Virus record (IMG/VR): IMGVR_UViG_3300042453_004632
Strand: one strand, 5' to 3'
DNA from: an uncultured virus (IMG/VR IMGVR_UViG_3300042453_004632)
Taxonomy: Duplodnaviria; Heunggongvirae; Uroviricota; Caudoviricetes
DNA: 20,000 bases
The notes below the pieces were generated by a model. That model was not told where the DNA came from and did not search any database. It was given only the letters and a program-made list of their open reading frames with translations. Below are positions 16,123 through 20,000 of the stretch, one piece after another; positions within the stretch are counted from its first letter, which is position 1, and every line of letters starts with the position of its first letter. A program made the position numbers and the translations under genes.

Positions 16123-16470
16123 ATGGATGAGGGACAGATACCTCGAAAGACGGCAATGGATACAAAAAAACTCGCAAAAGCCCTCAGGGACAAAAGAGCG
16201 GCCCAAAAAAGACAGAACTCCGCCCTCGACGGCTGGAGCTGGACAAAATACCTCAAGGGAAACGGAATAAGGAAGGTCGGAATCGTCACCCTCACAAAGA
16301 TGGCGAACAAGGGGGAACTCCAGGACAAAACCGTCCTCCAGACAGACTTCGACCTCACAGACCCCGCAAAGAACACCGACGAACTGGAAGGTCTCCAGGC
16401 CGCGGACGTATATTTCTACGTCATGGACAGGGAGACCGCCGAAAAGATCCTCGTGCTGGGACTTCCGTGA
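16123..16470 (+). CDS. Hypothetical protein, family A (start may be 16156)
   Basis: SWTKYLKGNG, LTDPA, MDRETAEKILVLGLP. Confidence 0.75.
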   Translation: MDEGQIPRKTAMDTKKLAKALRDKRAAQKRQNSALDGWSWTKYLKGNGIRKVGIVTLTKMANKGELQDKTVLQTDFDLTDPAKNTDELEGLQAADVYFYVMDRETAEKILVLGLP

Positions 16471-16691
16471 CACAAATGAAAAAGAACTTCAACCTGAGCC
16501 TGACGCCCGAACAGATGGAAACCCTCGGAGTAATCCTGCAGGAGGAGCGCCAAAGGGAGGTGAACATGATCCGGTCCATGGACGGAACCCCCGACGAAAA
16601 GAACCTCCGCTTCTGGGAGGCGGAACTCGACGACCTCCAATCCCTCATGAATGCGGTCCAGGAATACTCATGTGATGGAGAATTGAAATGA
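16467..16691 (+). CDS. Hypothetical protein
   Basis: GTGA and ATGA couplings at the two ends. Confidence 0.65.
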   Translation: MTQMKKNFNLSLTPEQMETLGVILQEERQREVNMIRSMDGTPDEKNLRFWEAELDDLQSLMNAVQEYSCDGELK

Positions 16692-16951
16692 AAAAAGGAT
16701 TTACATTTGTAGAGGCTTTGGTTTGTTTGTTTATTGTTTTAACTCTTATTGGGCTATTAGTCCCAGCAATTCAAGCCGCCAAAAGAAACAATAAGCCCAC
16801 AGAAAATGGCGAGAAGTCTATACCAGATGGTTGGATGTACGACTTTGTTACTGTGAAGCACGACAACCATCTTTTTATCAAGTCAGGGGATGGCGGCATT
16901 ATTCATCATCCTGATTGTCCTTGTTTCACACGAACTGCCGAAAATCAGTAA
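16688..16951 (+). CDS. Short protein with prepilin-type N-terminal cleavage/methylation signal
   Basis: MKKG^FTFVEALVCLFIVLTLIGLLVPAIQAAK; C-terminal HHPDCPC. Confidence 0.8.
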   Translation: MKKGFTFVEALVCLFIVLTLIGLLVPAIQAAKRNNKPTENGEKSIPDGWMYDFVTVKHDNHLFIKSGDGGIIHHPDCPCFTRTAENQ

Positions 16952-17004
16952 TGCCAACCCAGCTTTTATTGAAAATCAAATGACAACCAAGGAGACTTAT
17001 TAAC

Positions 17005-17385
17005 ATGAAGAACAACGTGGCAAGAAGATGGGCCAACGCCCTCCGAAGCGGGAAATACAGGAAGACCACCGGATCCCTCAAGAGGACAGACGGCTCATAC
17101 TGCGCCCTCGGAGTCCTGTGCGACCTCTACAAGAAGCAGGGCGGACCCCTCGGGGAAAAGCCAATTCCTCACAAGGACATATGGTGGGTGGTGGGTGGTG
17201 GGTCCACCCTTGATGAAGAAGGGGCAATCCTACTCGGAGGCGAATCTCAGATCCCCCCCAAGAAGGTCCTCAACTGGGCCGGACTCGGGATCATCCAGGC
17301 CGAAGAGATCGCCGGAATGAACGACGACGGCCACTCCTTCAGGAAAATCGCCACCCACATCGACAAGAACAAGGAAATCCTCTGA
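17005..17385 (+). CDS. Conserved hypothetical phage protein (WxxALRSGxY...CxLGVLC...NDxGxxFxxIA)
   Basis: AAGGAG RBS; motif pattern recalled from widespread phage hypotheticals. Confidence 0.8.
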   Translation: MKNNVARRWANALRSGKYRKTTGSLKRTDGSYCALGVLCDLYKKQGGPLGEKPIPHKDIWWVVGGGSTLDEEGAILLGGESQIPPKKVLNWAGLGIIQAEEIAGMNDDGHSFRKIATHIDKNKEIL

Positions 17386-17403
17386 CCAAACGGCAAGGAT
17401 AAA

Positions 17404-17781
17404 ATGGAAGAGCGAGAACTCCACCTTCTGTCGCGGATTTTCTTCCGAAACTGCGCGGAAAACGTGAAAGCATGGAGGGAAACGGGAATAGGACCGGAGG
17501 ACGACGAAGACCTCACCAAGACAAAGGGATACGCGGCCTTCAGAAGGACCAACTTTAAACTCGGACTAGGAAAGTACGAGTCCAACCGAAGCCTCATCGG
17601 GTCAGCCGAAACCCACCTCAACAGCATGGGATATCACACCACCAGTATCAGAAGCGCACCCCCCGGAACCGTCAGCGTCAGAATCGCAAACGCCGGATCA
17701 TGGAGACTGTGCGTCAGAGTACCCAAGGAAATCGCAATCAGAATCATCGTCCTCGGATTCGTGCCGAAACAAGACACATAG
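17404..17781 (+). CDS. Hypothetical protein, divergent family A
   Basis: AAGGA RBS; C-terminus VPKEIAIRIIVLGFVP. Confidence 0.7.
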   Translation: MEERELHLLSRIFFRNCAENVKAWRETGIGPEDDEDLTKTKGYAAFRRTNFKLGLGKYESNRSLIGSAETHLNSMGYHTTSIRSAPPGTVSVRIANAGSWRLCVRVPKEIAIRIIVLGFVPKQDT

Positions 17782-17911
17782 AGTTAATAACCAACGAACC
17801 CGAAGACAAGAACTTCATAATGGAAATCCTTATGAACGAACCTTGGATTCACGCCGAGTGCCCGCATTGGAATGATGAGGATTTGAAGCACATAACATCC
17901 AAGGACGGATC

Positions 17912-18160
17912 GTGAAATACGGAAATTGCCTGATAGGCGCCTTGATCCTGCTATGGGCCAAACGCCGCGAAAATCCCAAGTTTTTGTTCAAAAACCGCAT
18001 CGGTTCAATAGTGCCGCACTTCATGGTGCGGACCAGAAGCCAAATCCACCACTACAAAACAGACAAAGACCTGTTGCCCTGGCCTTTGTGCTACGTGCTG
18101 TTCCAAGGATCATTCCAGTCAATCCCGCTAGACCAAGAAGACCAATACAGAAAGAATTAA
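17912..18160 (+). CDS. Hypothetical protein
   Basis: GTG start after AAGGA; 82-aa ORF. Confidence 0.6.
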   Translation: MKYGNCLIGALILLWAKRRENPKFLFKNRIGSIVPHFMVRTRSQIHHYKTDKDLLPWPLCYVLFQGSFQSIPLDQEDQYRKN

Positions 18161-18337
18161 CCCATGCGGCACGCAGATATAAACAAAAAGTTCGTTAGTA
18201 ACGGACGAAATGCTAAATAAGGCAAAAAGATTCCTCAAGAAAACTTTCAAACCAGCAAAATCCTGAATTATTAACCCATGTAAAACACATGAAATTCTAA
18301 TCTCATTCCGCCCGATCAAAAGCATCCATAAGGGCAA

Positions 18338-19243
18338 ATGAGAAAAGCATTCACACTGATAGAAGTCCTCGTCGTCATCTTCATAATCTCGTCCATCATC
18401 GGACTACTGCTCCCCGCCGTCAACGCCGCAAGAGAAGCAGCACGCTCCACCGCCTGCCAAAATAACCTCAAACAAATAGGAATCGCCTTCCAACTCCACG
18501 AACAAAGCATGGGACACCTCCCCAGCGCAGGATGGGGATCCGCATGGACAGGAGACGCCGACAGAGGAACAGGCTCCGGACAACCCGGAAGCTGGATATT
18601 CTCCCTGCTGCCGTACATGGATATGCAAAACCTCCACAATATCCCCGCCGACGGAAACCCCCTCGAAATCACAACCCAACAAAAGGAAAAAGCCGCACAA
18701 GCAGCCGAAATCCCAATACCCATCCTCATATGCCCCTCCAGAAGGTCCGAAACCACCGGACCACTCAAACCACAAACACTCTGGAACATGAACCACGCCG
18801 AAAAAGTCTCCAAAACAGACTACGCCGTCAACGCCGGAGACAACGAAGTAGCTTGGGGACAAGGACCAGAACCAGATTCCCAACAATTCGAGGACATGAC
18901 CCTCTCCACCGGAATCGCACACCAAGCAAGCCAGATCAAATTCAGCCACCTCACAGACGGACTATCGAACACCTACATGGCCGGAGAAAAAAGAATCTCG
19001 GCCCCAGAACACGACGAACAAGGAGCACTCTTCGGCTCAGACTCCAATACCGCGAGATGGACCCAAGAACCACCAGCACAAGACTCGGGAATCATAGGAA
19101 ACAACTTCGGCTCCAAACACACCAACTACTGCATCATGCTCGTCTGCGACGGCTCCGTAAGACAAATATCATACGAAATAGACCCCACCACACACAGCAG
19201 ACTCGGAAACCGAAAGGACGGGCAAATAGCGATAATGCCATGA
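18338..19243 (+). CDS. DUF1559 (SBP_bac_10) prepilin-type N-terminal cleavage/methylation protein with H-X9-DG motif
   Basis: AFTLIEVLVVI...LLLPAVNAAREAARSTACQNNLKQIGIA, SW..SLLPYMD, CPSRR, DGLSNTYM.GEK, FGSKH-X9-DGSVR...LGNRKDG: the complete planctomycete DUF1559 signature. Confidence 0.95.
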   Translation: MRKAFTLIEVLVVIFIISSIIGLLLPAVNAAREAARSTACQNNLKQIGIAFQLHEQSMGHLPSAGWGSAWTGDADRGTGSGQPGSWIFSLLPYMDMQNLHNIPADGNPLEITTQQKEKAAQAAEIPIPILICPSRRSETTGPLKPQTLWNMNHAEKVSKTDYAVNAGDNEVAWGQGPEPDSQQFEDMTLSTGIAHQASQIKFSHLTDGLSNTYMAGEKRISAPEHDEQGALFGSDSNTARWTQEPPAQDSGIIGNNFGSKHTNYCIMLVCDGSVRQISYEIDPTTHSRLGNRKDGQIAIMP

Positions 19244-19296
19244 CGAATGTCTGGTCCTCGGCCCCACAACCCTCCCAATCAAGAATTGCTTGAAAC

Positions 19297-19494
19297 ATGA
19301 CTTGGAACGAAATATCCAAATGGGCCAAAAGCCACGGCTACAAGATCAGCCGGAAACAAGGAAACGTCCACTGGCAGAAAGACCAGCACCAAGGAACAGA
19401 ACCAAACCTGGAATCCGCCGCCAAAAGCATCTACAACCACCTGACCGACAACAAATGGCTGGAATACCAAAATAACTACCAGCCAAAATCCTAA
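19297..19494 (+). CDS. Hypothetical protein, paralog of 5866..6045
   Basis: MTWNEISKWAKSHGYKISRKQGNVHW...HQGTEPNLESAAKSI. Confidence 0.65.
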   Translation: MTWNEISKWAKSHGYKISRKQGNVHWQKDQHQGTEPNLESAAKSIYNHLTDNKWLEYQNNYQPKS

Positions 19495-19517
19495 AAGGAT
19501 TATTAAACCGCCCGTTA

Positions 19518-19568
19518 TTGACATATGCGTAATCCCAGACATATGGTAAATTCCTCCACAAGGAGGAA
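19518..19568 (+). promoter_or_regulatory. Sigma70-type promoter overlapped by two degenerate 17-bp repeats, followed by an SD-sequestering hairpin
   Basis: TTGACA 19518-19523, 18 nt, TATGGT 19542-19547; hairpin TTCCTCC-ACAA-GGAGGAA at 19551-19568. Confidence 0.6.
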
Positions 19569-19571
19569 CAT

Positions 19572-19787
19572 ATGGACGCGAGCCTGATCGGAAAGAAAGT
19601 CAAAATCACCATGAAAAGAACCGGAACTCCATTCCCAGGAATGGACATCCGGCCATACTCGTTCAACGCCACACTGGAACATATGGAGGGAAATACCATC
19701 AAAATCAAAAAGGAAACCGGCATGACCTTCCAACTGAACCTCAAAGACCAGTACATGACCGTGCTGGATATCAAACCAGCCCAATGA
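19572..19787 (+). CDS. Small beta-rich protein, possible Sm-like/SH3 fold
   Basis: Perfect AAGGAGG RBS; LIGKKVKITM...FNATLEHMEGNTIKIK pattern resembles Sm/LSm and RimP C-terminal domains (fold is inference). Confidence 0.7.
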   Translation: MDASLIGKKVKITMKRTGTPFPGMDIRPYSFNATLEHMEGNTIKIKKETGMTFQLNLKDQYMTVLDIKPAQ

Positions 19788-19885
19788 GGCCAAGGAAGCC
19801 CCCAGAAGCCCCTAATACAAAATAGCCCCCCCGCTCCACCGCCCGACTACCAAAAACCCTTCACGGGTCAAATGAGGGCCTCATA

Positions 19886-20000
19886 AGACATATGGGAAAC
19901 CCAGACATATGGGAAACCCAGACATATGGGAAACCCAGACATATGGGAAACCCAGACATATGGGAAACCCAGACATATGGGAAACCCAGACATATGGGAA
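19886..20000. repeat. Perfect 17-bp tandem repeat (AGACATATGGGAAACCC)n, running off the window end
   Basis: Six identical full units (19886-19987) plus a 13-nt partial unit; no spacers. Confidence 0.98.

Noticed and set aside
15582..16376. 264-aa minus-strand ORF
   Set aside because: Shadow of several coupled plus-strand genes in the skewed region; Phe/Ser-rich with no motifs.
18316..19293. Long alternative-frame and antisense ORFs over the DUF1559 gene (18532..19293 +, 18404..18949 -, 18316..18813 -)
   Set aside because: Explained by the compositional bias, which makes stop codons scarce; products are low-complexity and overlap a clearly real gene.
19886..20000. CRISPR array
   Set aside because: Units are 17 bp, directly abutting and identical, with no spacers; no cas genes in the window.
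1..20000. Stop-codon reassignment (alternative genetic code)
   Set aside because: Recognisable genes are intact under code 11, and TAA, TAG and TGA all terminate tightly packed genes.

Overview
Gene-dense, mostly plus-strand window of about 45 short, often overlapping ORFs. It reads as the accessory region of a large tailed-phage genome, with T4-like features by inference; no capsid, terminase or polymerase gene is present. The host is probably a planctomycete: the window carries a full DUF1559 prepilin-type/H-X9-DG gene, a second prepilin-type gene and a planctomycete-style carboxypeptidase-regulatory-like protein. Recognisable genes are two calcineurin-like metallophosphoesterases, a WGR-domain/ATP-dependent DNA ligase fusion, a sulfotransferase-like protein, DUF3431-like and DUF6915-like proteins, a 696-aa beta-solenoid repeat protein, a winged-HTH protein and two lipoproteins. 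A tRNA-Lys(UUU) at 5587-5856 is split in its anticodon by a 198-nt Azoarcus-like group I intron. Features not explained by standard annotation: two dispersed paralog families defined by C-terminal motifs (5 and 4 members), a TANATA-N4-6-ATG motif in front of 8 genes, a growing A+C strand bias toward the right end, and a 17-bp perfect tandem array at the window end whose degenerate copies overlap the promoter of a small Sm-like gene with a hairpin-occluded Shine-Dalgarno. Family names come from motif recognition, not database searches.
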